A stretch of DNA of 61,215 nucleotides, filler included, from Aduncisulcus paluster (Eukaryota), in the NCBI GenBank assembly GCA_024181965.1. It is 8 parts of 8 records of this genome, joined end to end, with 100 filler letters (N's around TTAATTAATTAA, not from the genome) between each part and the next. Parts side by side here need not be neighbours in the genome. Positions count along the whole stretch, not along the records: positions 34,289 to 44,540 come from BQXS01011189.1; positions 44,641 to 48,836 come from BQXS01011190.1; 6 more parts are not named here. One strand, 5' to 3'. This document shows, piece by piece, positions 36,235 to 47,737 of the stretch. Numbering within the stretch: the stretch's first letter is position 1; each line of letters begins with the position of its first letter. A model generated the notes under the pieces. It saw only the letters and a list, made by a program, of their open reading frames with translations, did not search any database and was not told the DNA's origin. A program made the translations under genes and the position numbers.

Positions 36235-39200
36235 ATGTCAGACCTTAATTTACAATTTTATTCTTCTAAAGCATATCAAAGAGTTCAATTATTAACTAAA
36301 CTTCGATTATTCCCCTATTTTTCATTCAATACAGATTCTTATGATATTATCTCCATTTCTTTTCAATTTGGAACCTTTTCGAATTCATCAACCATAGGTT
36401 ATGATGAGTCTGAATTGGAAAAATGCTCTTCTTTGTTCCCTATTATTTATGATGCAGATTCTAGAACTTCTACAATTTCCTTCTCTGATGAAACTGATAT
36501 TTTCGAACAGATTTATGATCAACTTCTTCCATTTATGAAAACAGAATCTTTAGGATCCTTTCCATTAAATTGTATTAGGAAATTGTATTATCAAAGTTCC
36601 AATTCTCGGTTTTATAATTTCTCGGTGTCTATGACCTTTTATAATGAACAATTGACTTCAACCGAGATAGTTGACATTTCCTTTTCGGATTTTAGCGGGA
36701 AATTGGTGGCCTCTTCCTATTATTTTCCATCTGGTTCAATTGTTGACCCTTCAGAATCCTCTTTTTTCTCCATTAATTCAATCTCTAATTCATATTCTAC
36801 CATTTCTATCGGTGATATCCCTCTGTATGGGTCGCTTGCACGTGGTACTGATAAATTTGGCGAAGTTGTCGGACGTCTTTCCTCTTCCTCTCCATCTCTC
36901 ATTGGATACTCTCTCGTTCATTCTCCTTTCCATGGAAATGGATTCATTCGATTGTCGTCAGATGTAGTGAGCCGCAAGAGTGAGCTTGTTTTTGTGAAGG
37001 AAGCTCAGCCCGTGTTCTCAGACTTTGATGAAAGTCTATCAAATTCTCAACAAAAAGCCCTTGAAGAAATTCAAACTTTGGCAAGAGTTAAGCATATCCC
37101 ATCAGAGATTCAGCAATCTCAGAAACAATTCACGACCGAAGATGTTTTTCTGTCTCTTTATTCCCAATTGCCTGAAGAGTTCACATCCGATTTCTCTCAA
37201 TCCGACCTGGATCTGCCTTACAGACGATGGGTGAATGGTATTCGACTTCCGCATACATCTTTTACCCATCAACATATTCCTTCTCATTCTTTACTTCCAA
37301 TTATCTCAATTTCTTCCCAATTCATTGCCTCTTGCTCTTCTCAGAATTCAACCTGTGCAGACGATGATCTGGACACATCAATCGGACACTCATCCTTGCC
37401 CATTACTCATATATATTCTACTGACGGGAAACGTGTGTTTGTAGCCACTATTATTAACAACTCTGTATCTGAGTTACAGCCGATTCCAAGTATTTATGAG
37501 TCCTTAAGCTGGTATACTTCGAGCCTTGATCTTACACAACGATCAACGATGGAATCTGATGGCCAATATGATTCCTCATATCCGATATATGTTGATCCTG
37601 CTGACATTGACGATTCTTTTTCAATTATTTCTCTTTCTCCTGCTATTGAACTCCCATCAAAATATGCACGGAACTCTATTTCAGCTGCTGGCATGGTAAT
37701 TGAAGAAACCCTCTCGGATGACTCAACTCAACAGAGGATTGTGATTGTGGCTTCATCAATATCAACTTTCTCAACAGTATCTTATTCCGATGAAGATATT
37801 ATTGATTCTGATGGGAATTATCATTCTCTTCTTCGACCTTATATTCCCACAGCATCTTTCTCAGCCTTCACCTCTTCTGGTACAATCTCAAATTTATCCC
37901 TTGTTCCAATTCACACTGATACTGACACCGATTCCAATTCTGATTTTGGTGTATTCCTTGTTTATTTCCGTTTTAAGTCTTCTGGTGGAGACGAAAGCCT
38001 GAAAATGCTCATGATTCGTTGTGTCCAAGAAGAGATTATCACCGTTTCTGATGGATCCTCAGAGTCTTATGATTCCGTGGACGGATTGATCCAGGGTCGT
38101 TATGTTTCTCTTACACTCTCCTCTGCTCTTCAGAGCACCTATTCTCCCTTTGAGATATACACGGCCTCTGGCCTGGTCTCTCCCTTTTCATTATCTTTCA
38201 TTGGCAAAGATATTGATTCCTCTCGAGTTTATTATAGATTCATGGTCTCACGCATTCGGTCAGAGANNNNNNNNNNNNNNNNNNNNTATGTTTCTCTTAC
38301 ACTCTCCTCTGCTCTTCAGAGCACCTATTCTCCCTTTGAGATATACACGGCCTCTGGCCTGGTCTCTCCCTTTTCATTATCTTTCATTGGCAAAGATATT
38401 GATTCCTCTCGAGTTTATTATAGATTCATGGTCTCACGCATTCGGTCAGAGACTGAAGGCAGTGGGTTGATGATTGGTGGTGCCACAATGATTATTTCAT
38501 ACGATTCTGATGGCATTGGAGCCATTACCTATGCACTCAATGTTGCTATAGAGAATGTTGCATTGGAAGGAGAGTCAATATCCAATGTTTCCTGCAGTAA
38601 CTTGTCCAAAGTCCGAACTTTTGATCTCTTTGAGCAGGATTCAGGATATTCGGAGATTGTGTCTCATTCCTTGTGTGTTGCTTCGATCGAAGGGACTTGT
38701 AACGCTGATGGTGATGATATTATGCTTAAATACGCCGGTATATCAATCAATTTGGAGCGAGATTCTCCAATGAACACTGCAGCCACAATCAATTTCACGG
38801 GAATAGAAGCTGGGGATAAGTGTCATGAATCTCAAACTTTCTCAGTAATTGGTTCTATTTATGGATTCCATACAGATTCGACTGTTGTTGATCCGATTGC
38901 TGTTTTCGTGCCTGTCTTCTCGAAGGTTTCCAATGAAAGTGGAGTTATGGTGCTTGACTTTGAATATTCCACGTGGGACGACCTTTCTCCTTCCACTCAG
39001 AATACTTCTGAGGCCTTGTCCACTGACATTTCAGCAGGGTTCCACTCCCAACACGATTTATACACTCTAAATCCCCCAAGTTTCTCAATTGTCCCGTCAT
39101 CTACAACGTCTGCCTCAGCCAATGAGTATGCTTTCATGCATTTGTACACGTTATGTTGGATAGATGAGCTTGAGGGCATTGTATGTTCTCAGGATGATGT

Positions 39201-42200
39201 ATGCAAGACGGATTGTGGGTTTGAGTCATCAACAGGGGACTTTGAAAACTTGACAACAGATATTTTCTCGAATCACATTCCTTTCTCATATTTCCCTGAG
39301 GAATTGATCGAAGACATTAACCACAGTAATAGTCCATCCCAGAGGACGTTCAGTGTGAATCTAGAACAAAGAGGGAAAGGATTAGACGTTGCAGGGAGTG
39401 CTTTCTATACTTGGGGATCAAATAATTCTATTTTAAATCCTTTCTCAAGAGATGTATCTATATTTGGATGCAATGAAGATTTTATTGAGGTATCTGGATC
39501 AAATCGTGTCAAGGTAGTTCTTGGATCCTGCGTAAGTCGTGAAGAACGTCTCAGAAATGAATTAATTCCTAGTGATATGCTTTCATTTTCAACTTCAGAT
39601 CTGGACCAATTCTCGGTTGTTCAGATTCTTGGTCGTGGAGGAGTAGTAGTGGTTGAAAACTTTTATTCTCAACCAGTCATTCTTTCTGTTAAATGGGATG
39701 ATGATGAATCCTTGGAGATTTCTGAAGTGACTGGTTCCGATTCTCCTCAATGGATTGTATCTGGGATGAATTCCTCAAAATCTACGCTCATTAAAGTGAT
39801 TGGGGGAGATTATATTCCTCAATTGTCATCTTCTCCTTCTTCTTCCTATTCTCTGACATTTCCATCATATTCTGTTGAAGAGTATTGTGTTTCTGAATCT
39901 CCAGAAAACAACATATTCACTCGAAACATACGTACAAGCTGTCAAAACATATCTGAAAACCAATTGGTTATCACAATTAATAATGATACGTTTGATATTG
40001 GATTTCCTTCAGCATGTGATGATGCTGATACCTCCATTCTATCGTCCTTTGATCGAGTTGTTGACACCGATGTTCCAAAAATAGAATACACACTGATTGG
40101 AACTGAATCTGCCCTCAATTACTGCTTATCCCAATCATGGATGATGATATCTGATTCCTCTGATATTGCTGAGCTTGTGTCTAGTCAATTAGAAGGACTC
40201 ATTTCGTTCTCCATGAATGCTCTGGATGTTGACGTGGCTCCATCAACTGCTTTTCTCTCATTCCCATTCTCTTCATGTTTTTATTCCTCGTTCGAACCTA
40301 TTTCGCCAACAACCTATCAATCAGAGGAATTGGTTATTCCATCTCCGATTTCTCCCCGGTCACACACACTTGAATTTTGTCCCATTGAACATCTATGTTC
40401 ATCTGATTGTCTCTCTGAGAGTGCCTTTGGGGAGGTCAGTGGACACGGTGGAAATTCTAATGTTTCTTTATGCTTTTCTCAATGTATCAATGATACTGAA
40501 TCTAAGAACGATGGTGACTCTAGTTCGTTGTCGGCATGTACAAAAGCTTGTCTGGATGAATGTGAAGAAGCTTGTATGACTCTGAAGAAAGGGTTTATCT
40601 ACTCTGTTTCTTCCTATGACAGTGATGTTTGGGATCATGTTTACTTTGATTCCGAGACCATCACTCTCGTTCAGTTGTCATTCGATTCTGCTGATGATAT
40701 TACTTACCTTCCAGAGTCTTCAAGTATCTCATTTGACATGCTCTCGTACAGTGGGGAGTATACCTCTCATGAATTCACTGTTAAATTGACTCCTCTCCTC
40801 TTGCCGACTCTCTCTCAGATGCCTTCCGTTGATCCTGAATCATTTGTGTTTGCACGTCTCTTATATGTTCCTCCCGAAAGACTCCAATGTTATCCGCTTA
40901 GCTTCTTCTTTTCACACGAAGATCAGTCATATTTGAACGAATCGGAGGAATTTCCACTGCCTTTTCAATGTTTTTTCAGCTCTAGCAATGTTGACAAATC
41001 TACAGCTGGTTCCTTACTCGAGTTAAATTCATCGCTTCACATTTGGTGTGGAGGAATTGTTCTCGATTCTGTTGAGACTAGTGTTTCTGCTGACGGTTCT
41101 GAAGCTCCAATTCCTGATTTTGGGTACCCTTCCATTCTTTCTCAAACTGACATTCAAGAAATTCAGAATCCTGAGAATATTTGTATCCTTGCATCCCCGA
41201 AGTCAACNNNNNNNNNNNNNNNNNNNNAGTCATATTTGAACGAATCGGAGGAATTTCCACTGCCTTTTCAATGTTTTTTCAGCTCTAGCAATGTTGACAA
41301 ATCTACAGCTGGTTCCTTACTCGAGTTAAATTCATCGCTTCACATTTGGTGTGGAGGAATTGTTCTCGATTCTGTTGAGACTAGTGTTTCTGCTGACGGT
41401 TCTGAAGCTCCAATTCCTGATTTTGGGTACCCTTCCATTCTTTCTCAAACTGACATTCAAGAAATTCAGAATCCTGAGAATATTTGTATCCTTGCATCCC
41501 CGAAGTCAACATCGCAGAAGAAGAAAGTTATTGATGATATTTGTGGTGAGATTGGAACATTAACAATGCAAACCGTGGATGCACTCGGTTCTCAAAGCCC
41601 CACTTTGAATGTTCCATTTGCCCTTGTTCGTCCTCGTGGAGATGATAATCGAAATGGGTGCTATATCAATGGAATCTCCATTTCAAGCTCTGTTGTGGAT
41701 AAATCGACAACTATTGGTGAACTTCCCTCGTTGGATGTTGACTTGAGTCTTCTTCATGACAACTTCTTGTCATCGACTACATTTGCTTCCCAAGGAAGTA
41801 ATCCTCATTTCCATTTCAGGTCTGTTGAATTCTCTTCCATTTCGATCTCCACTTCATCTCTCTTGTGCATTTTCTTCCTCATTTTCATAGTGTGTGGAAC
41901 TATCATTGTATTTGTGTTTTATTTGCTCCCAAGGCATATCAAAGAAAGCCTTCATGAAAAGGTGTGCATTGGATGCTGTGGATGCGTTTGGGATGATTAT
42001 TCGGAGAAAACCCATCAGTTGAAACTGGAAATATTTAGAAAGGAAAAGGAAGCCCGAATTAAGGCTAGGAAGAGAAGAAGGGATAGAAGACGAAAGAAAA
42101 GAGAGGCTCGAAAGGCAGGAGGTGATGCCTGGCAACGCTGGCAAAATGCTGAAGTGAAACGAAAGAGACTTGAAAAGACAAAGAAACGGCTGGAAAAAGA

Positions 42201-42729
42201 ACGAAAGGTGGCTTTGCGTGCTCAATCCAAGAGTCTTTTGAGATGTCCATTCCAAGTGTGTTCCTCTGTTAATTCCTCCTCTGAATCTTCCCTTTCTCTG
42301 TCTGGAAATGATCTTGATAACCCCGCGAAACAACAACAATCGTCCGATATGCATATGGAATCTATCCTTTCGTCTGTGACCATCAGCTCTTCCATGACAT
42401 CAATGGTCATCGATCCAGTGGATGAGGTTTCTGTCGACAGTCTCGACTCTGTCAGGCTTGAAAGGAAAAGAAGCCTGAAACAAGAAGAAATGGAGCGTCG
42501 TAAAAAAGAAAAAACCAGAGAAGAAGAACGAGAAATAGCCAAGAAAAAGGCAGCTGTAGGAAGAAGGCGAGATGGGAGTACTGTTTTCGCTTCTTCTGGA
42601 CTTGTGCACGTTAGCGATGCTCCAACCACGACAAAAAGAGTGGTTGTCAAGAGGAAAATACGGAGATTGAAAACAAAAGTGACAAAATCTCCCAAAGTTC
42701 CAGGCAATGATAACGAAAAGGTTTCATAA
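36235..42729 (+). CDS. Large single-pass membrane protein (~2,001 aa after merging two gap overlaps), unknown family
   Basis: Long Ser/Asp-rich region with Cys clusters, a TM segment LLCIFFLIFIVCGTIIVFVFYLL, then a CIGCCGC motif and a very basic tail. Confidence 0.8.
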   Translation: MSDLNLQFYSSKAYQRVQLLTKLRLFPYFSFNTDSYDIISISFQFGTFSNSSTIGYDESELEKCSSLFPIIYDADSRTSTISFSDETDIFEQIYDQLLPFMKTESLGSFPLNCIRKLYYQSSNSRFYNFSVSMTFYNEQLTSTEIVDISFSDFSGKLVASSYYFPSGSIVDPSESSFFSINSISNSYSTISIGDIPLYGSLARGTDKFGEVVGRLSSSSPSLIGYSLVHSPFHGNGFIRLSSDVVSRKSELVFVKEAQPVFSDFDESLSNSQQKALEEIQTLARVKHIPSEIQQSQKQFTTEDVFLSLYSQLPEEFTSDFSQSDLDLPYRRWVNGIRLPHTSFTHQHIPSHSLLPIISISSQFIASCSSQNSTCADDDLDTSIGHSSLPITHIYSTDGKRVFVATIINNSVSELQPIPSIYESLSWYTSSLDLTQRSTMESDGQYDSSYPIYVDPADIDDSFSIISLSPAIELPSKYARNSISAAGMVIEETLSDDSTQQRIVIVASSISTFSTVSYSDEDIIDSDGNYHSLLRPYIPTASFSAFTSSGTISNLSLVPIHTDTDTDSNSDFGVFLVYFRFKSSGGDESLKMLMIRCVQEEIITVSDGSSESYDSVDGLIQGRYVSLTLSSALQSTYSPFEIYTASGLVSPFSLSFIGKDIDSSRVYYRFMVSRIRSEXXXXXXXYVSLTLSSALQSTYSPFEIYTASGLVSPFSLSFIGKDIDSSRVYYRFMVSRIRSETEGSGLMIGGATMIISYDSDGIGAITYALNVAIENVALEGESISNVSCSNLSKVRTFDLFEQDSGYSEIVSHSLCVASIEGTCNADGDDIMLKYAGISINLERDSPMNTAATINFTGIEAGDKCHESQTFSVIGSIYGFHTDSTVVDPIAVFVPVFSKVSNESGVMVLDFEYSTWDDLSPSTQNTSEALSTDISAGFHSQHDLYTLNPPSFSIVPSSTTSASANEYAFMHLYTLCWIDELEGIVCSQDDVCKTDCGFESSTGDFENLTTDIFSNHIPFSYFPEELIEDINHSNSPSQRTFSVNLEQRGKGLDVAGSAFYTWGSNNSILNPFSRDVSIFGCNEDFIEVSGSNRVKVVLGSCVSREERLRNELIPSDMLSFSTSDLDQFSVVQILGRGGVVVVENFYSQPVILSVKWDDDESLEISEVTGSDSPQWIVSGMNSSKSTLIKVIGGDYIPQLSSSPSSSYSLTFPSYSVEEYCVSESPENNIFTRNIRTSCQNISENQLVITINNDTFDIGFPSACDDADTSILSSFDRVVDTDVPKIEYTLIGTESALNYCLSQSWMMISDSSDIAELVSSQLEGLISFSMNALDVDVAPSTAFLSFPFSSCFYSSFEPISPTTYQSEELVIPSPISPRSHTLEFCPIEHLCSSDCLSESAFGEVSGHGGNSNVSLCFSQCINDTESKNDGDSSSLSACTKACLDECEEACMTLKKGFIYSVSSYDSDVWDHVYFDSETITLVQLSFDSADDITYLPESSSISFDMLSYSGEYTSHEFTVKLTPLLLPTLSQMPSVDPESFVFARLLYVPPERLQCYPLSFFFSHEDQSYLNESEEFPLPFQCFFSSSNVDKSTAGSLLELNSSLHIWCGGIVLDSVETSVSADGSEAPIPDFGYPSILSQTDIQEIQNPENICILASPKSXXXXXXXXSYLNESEEFPLPFQCFFSSSNVDKSTAGSLLELNSSLHIWCGGIVLDSVETSVSADGSEAPIPDFGYPSILSQTDIQEIQNPENICILASPKSTSQKKKVIDDICGEIGTLTMQTVDALGSQSPTLNVPFALVRPRGDDNRNGCYINGISISSSVVDKSTTIGELPSLDVDLSLLHDNFLSSTTFASQGSNPHFHFRSVEFSSISISTSSLLCIFFLIFIVCGTIIVFVFYLLPRHIKESLHEKVCIGCCGCVWDDYSEKTHQLKLEIFRKEKEARIKARKRRRDRRRKKREARKAGGDAWQRWQNAEVKRKRLEKTKKRLEKERKVALRAQSKSLLRCPFQVCSSVNSSSESSLSLSGNDLDNPAKQQQSSDMHMESILSSVTISSSMTSMVIDPVDEVSVDSLDSVRLERKRSLKQEEMERRKKEKTREEEREIAKKKAAVGRRRDGSTVFASSGLVHVSDAPTTTKRVVVKRKIRRLKTKVTKSPKVPGNDNEKVS

Positions 42730-43925
42730 TTATAAAAACTTGATTATAATAATAATAATAATTTAATTATTAAGACTCATTTCGTTTATTTTTTTAATAG
42801 TGACTAATTATTTATATTTTAAACACAATGGACATGCATTATCATAATTATTATATCCATTTATGCACAAAAACAAGCTGTAACAGTTAAATAGCCAAAT
42901 GTTACATTATATATCTGTGTTCCATGCTATTTTCATTCCTTAATTATTTTTATTTTTTACGTATAATTTATTTTATATTTTATATTTTTGAATTCTTATT
43001 TTGATGTATTACTGAAAACGTTATTCTCATATTCTTTGATAATTTTGTCTATTTTTCTCTCTATTTTTCATCTCCATTGGAATTTGTGATTTTTGGGGGT
43101 TTCTTCATTCTTCAAACCAATATCATTTTCTAAGATAATCTAAATTAATGTTCTACATTTATTTTTTTTATCGGATTATTTTCAATAGTAATAATAAGGT
43201 TAATTCATACATCTATTGAGCAATATTATCTAATAATTATATTTTTGTGCTTCAATATTCTCTCTGATGTCCTCGTTTCACAAGTAACTTGTCAAGTTGT
43301 TTGTTCAACTTTATAAACCGAATTGGACTGCTTTTCATATGAATTATTTCATTTTTATGAACGTATGATCTAATATAAGAAGTCAAGAAGAGATATTACT
43401 TGCAATAAATGTTTTAAATCGACTTGATATCTATTTGTTATGTCCTTCGGAAGGAGTACTTCCACAACTCCCTCGTATTTACAATGCCAGATGTTAGAGA
43501 ACCAAAATGGGATTAGCTACATCGAGTTCTTGGTTTGTTTTTGGACTTTTCTCTTTCCATCTGAAACTAAAATGAAATAGGTCGAATAAAAATCACAATG
43601 GCGTCGAAAAACAGCTATAGCGAGGTATATCTTGAATGAACGAACTCCTTTGGAAATAATACCGGGAATCTCACATAAATGCGTGGATTCTGTCATATTC
43701 ATGGTCATGTGAAGGGTAAAATCGGCAACGGCACCCTCTTCGGCATCTTTCTTGGATTTATCAAGAGCTGAGGAGAATGAATTAACTATCAGTGCTGAAA
43801 TTACAATAGCCTCCCGGTGGATAATTTAATTGAACGTGTGATCTATTCTTCCTGAAGTAATCAGCTTGCCAGAAGGTACAAAGACAGAACACAAATCTTA
43901 GTATCGGAGGATCAGGATCTGGAGT

Positions 43926-44129
43926 TGTCGTGTTCCATGAAGCATCAGGGGATTAGATTCGTAGCAGTATACAGACATACGTATACTATCGTATTCGGAG
44001 TTCTTGATATTTTTGATTGTAAGCAAAAGCAAGTGAAAATGAACAGAAAGGCAAGGATAAGGATAGAAATGAAATGGAAATATATCCATGTTATTGAATA
44101 GCATTGAAATCGTTCATAAATGTTCTTAA
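43926..44129 (-). repeat. Dispersed ~200-bp repeat, copy A
   Basis: Reverse complement closely matches 57066..57269 on another scaffold. Confidence 0.88.
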
Positions 44130-44641
44130 CACGTGAAATGGAACTATATCCAGTCCTGAGGGGTTCCAAAAGGCCTGAGATATCGAGAATAAACATGGAA
44201 ATGAAAATAAAACATGTTTTTATCATTTATTGGCATTGGACTCGTTTATGTGTGTTTTTTTAAATTTCTAATCTTATCTATTGAAGGGTTGCTTGTTCAG
44301 TCCCGGACTCACAGGTGGCAAAGTTTTGTCGGGAAAAAGTTTTGAATGAGTATTATGAAATCATGCATTTGAGCCCACATGACAAATTCACAATAGCTAT
44401 ACGAAATTAATGATACTGCTCATGATACTTTCAATTTGAAGGCTGCTTGCTATTTTTAGCAAACATGTGAAAATATAATAAATGCTTCTGAAATACATTC
44501 GAATTCATGAAAAATCATGATTCAAAATAGCCTATTATTTNNNNNNNNNNNNNNNNNNNNNNNNNNNNNNNNNNNNNNNNNNNNTTAATTAATTAANNNN
44601 NNNNNNNNNNNNNNNNNNNNNNNNNNNNNNNNNNNNNNNNA

Positions 44642-46931
44642 AAGATAGCAATATTTGATGAAAGTGATGACTCTGAAGAAGAAGAAGAAGTGCATAAAAA
44701 AGAAGAATCGGATGGAATAATTGGTGATTTGAAAGAAAGGAAAGATCAAACAATTACTCAGCAACATACTAAACCATTATGTGAAACTGATCTTGATGGT
44801 TATGATAAGAAACAATCCATTGAAAGAGCGGAAGAGGAAGGGGAAGGAGATGTTGCAGCATCTAAAGAATCTTCAACACAAATCGATCAAGACACTTCTT
44901 CTTCTTCTCTCCCTGCTGTTAAATCTTTAGATGATGATGCAGAGAAGAATGATCCAGAACTGATCTCAAAAAGTGATCCCAAAATAGATTCAGCTATTTC
45001 TGAGAAAGTTGATGAAGCTGAACAAACTGGATCTCAAGGGGATTCCTCAACTATCTCAAAATCATCGCTTCCTCAAAAAGAGATGGATTCTTCTTCTTCT
45101 TCTTCTTCTTCTTCTTCTTCTTCTTCTTCCCTGCTGTTAAATCTTTAGATGATGATGCAGAGAAGAATGATCCAGAACTGATCTCAAAAAGTGATCCCAA
45201 AATAGATTCAGCTATTTCTGAGAAAGTTGATGAAGCTGAACAAACTGGATCTCAAGGGGATTCCTCAACTATCTCAAAATCATCGCTTCCTCAAAAAGAG
45301 ATGGATTCTTCTTCTTCTTCTTCTTCTTCTTCTTCTTCTTCTTCTTCCTTGTCATCAGCTCTTCAAGGCTTATTATTGAGTGATTCTCTATCTCCTTCTT
45401 CTACTCGTGGTACAGAGCTCCTTCTGCGACTCTGGATGAATGCATATCAGGGCACTGTTGCCGATAATATTCCATATGTATCGGAATGGGATAAAATGTG
45501 TTCTGAACTGCTCCCCCGTTTGGTTACGTTCAGTGTTCAATTATTCAAACAAAAGTATTATTCAAGTTCTGATTTGTCCGAACAAGATAAATCGGTGTCT
45601 GAATTGGCATCTGTCTCTTTTAGGAAGCACGTGGAAAGTTTTGAAAGAGCTATGCTCGCTTGTATTTGGAATGTTTCCATTGGTCAATTTCGCACCAATT
45701 CCGCCTTCTTCTTCTTCTTCTTCTTCTCCAACTCTTGATCTCTACCTTTCTCTTGGAAAAACGAAAGAAAATGGTGAAGATTGTGTTAACAGTTTGCCAG
45801 ATGAAATTATTATTGCTAGAAAACGTTGTGAAATATACTCCTTTTGCATGACTCATCCCTCAACTGATTGTGGTGATTGTTGTTCCTTGGACCAGTTCAA
45901 GAGCTTATTTCTTCCTTCTAATTCCACCCAACTTCCTCAAGAATCAACACCAGAAGGAGATGCAACCAGAATATTATCTAAATCACTTGAAACTGAACAA
46001 CATGATATGTTTGTTGTCAACTCTATCTCCCTTCTCCTTCCCTTCATTCATATCCACACTTATAATTCCTTCCATTGCAGAGAAATTACCATAGGTGGAC
46101 GAGGCACTGGTTTGTGTATTCAAAGATGGAGAATTTATAACACTGATGATGGGAAACTTATTGGAATGGATAGACACGAATGTGAATGCCAAGAAGTGAA
46201 GATTAAGGCTGAAAAGAAGAAAAACCCAGTAATTGTTGAGGTAAAAACTGAAAAAGAAGAAGATACTATTATAATTGCCAGTGAAACGGGAGGGGAAAAT
46301 GAAGATGAAAAGACCGTAATTCTACTAGCTGATCAAAGCAATAATCCAATTCTTGAAGAGAGAGATATTAAGAAAGAAGTTGATATGGTTATAAAGAAGG
46401 AAATAGAGGAGAGAGCGGATGGAGAACAATCTGCAGAAAGTGTAAAGGATCAACAAGAAGAAATACAATTATTTACTGAAGAGCACCAAGGAATAGGGGA
46501 AACAAAATCAATAGCCCCCTTGGCGATTGATAAACCCTCATTCACTGCGGTCTTCTTCTTCTTCTTCTTCTTCTTCTTCTTCTTCTTCTTCCCTTTTTGT
46601 AGCTATTACTGAACTCCAAGAAGTAGATAAGGATGGTTGCAAGACAGAAAAGATTGATGTTGTTCCCAAAGATGAAGCTCCTCTTCTGCCTCTCTCCCCT
46701 CCTTTCTCTCCGACTGAGAAAGGAGAATCTATGGGTTATGAGGTTCGTTGCTTCTTCTCTTCTCCAACACCACAGCCAATCACTCATGAAATCGAGAAGA
46801 AAAATGTCATAGTTTCACCCTCTCCAATTAATATTTCCTCAATTGTGACATTGTTTGATTCGACTACGATTGATCAGATTCCTTCTCCTTCAAGTGTGCC
46901 CAAGTTCAACGTCGATCATGATGGTCTATAA
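44642..46931 (+). CDS. Hypothetical acidic/poly-Ser protein, 5'-partial, interrupted by a 218-bp duplication and two +1 frameshifts
   Basis: Four consecutive + strand ORFs with matching composition. Removing the duplication restores frame between the first two. Confidence 0.55.
44911..45348 (+). repeat. 218-bp head-to-tail duplication bounded by (TCT)n tracts
   Basis: CCCTGCTGTTAAATCTTTAG... starts at 44911 and again at 45129. Confidence 0.9.
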
Positions 46932-47737
46932 TTATTAATTATAGACTCTATAATTTCATATCATTCTAGGTCCTTAGAAGGTAAGAATGGTCTCATAGAA
47001 TCTATAGATCTAATTTTTATATAGTTTTTTATTATATTTTCCTTGCGTATTATTTTTATTCTTTGTTTTTATTAAAAAGTTTTTAACTTATTCGTTATTT
47101 TTTTCACATTGAATTAGCATATTATTGGCGTGTTGTATTCTATCCTGACTTATTTCGGAGATAACTATCAAAAACCAAATAAATTCCTTTCTCTCCTAGA
47201 TTATGCCTTTGTCTTCCAATAAAAGTATAATAACAAAGCTCTCGCCATATATATAAATATTCTAAGCATTAGAATCAATGATCGATCATAATTTTCCAAA
47301 GAATACCACAATCAGAGAACATTTTTGCAGAGAGTTAATTTCAGTACAGATGTAGAATATTTATCAAAATATAATACTTATAATCTAATTTGGCGGAAAA
47401 AATACACCCATTAACATAAAAGGAGCCAGAATATTCATGTCATAAGTACAAAAAACATTATCACCACCAAAATAACAGTAGAATCAATCAAATCTCAATT
47501 GTTGAAGGATTGTAGGGAATTAAGCACATCTGTTCAAAAAAAAATAGACTGATAGATGTGGGCAACAACTGTTGTTTTTTAAGAAATTGTATTTTATCCG
47601 AAATGGCTCAATAAAATTAATGAGCGCTGTTGAAATTGTGTAATATTGTATTATGTGAGTTGTTTGGTGATTTATTATGGGTGTCGTTTTGCGATTAAAC
47701 GGACGACGTATTCTTTTCGACAATTCATCCAATAATA

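Noticed and set aside
43517-43860. Short minus-strand ORF as a recombinase or viral gene relic
   Set aside because: No recognisable catalytic motifs.
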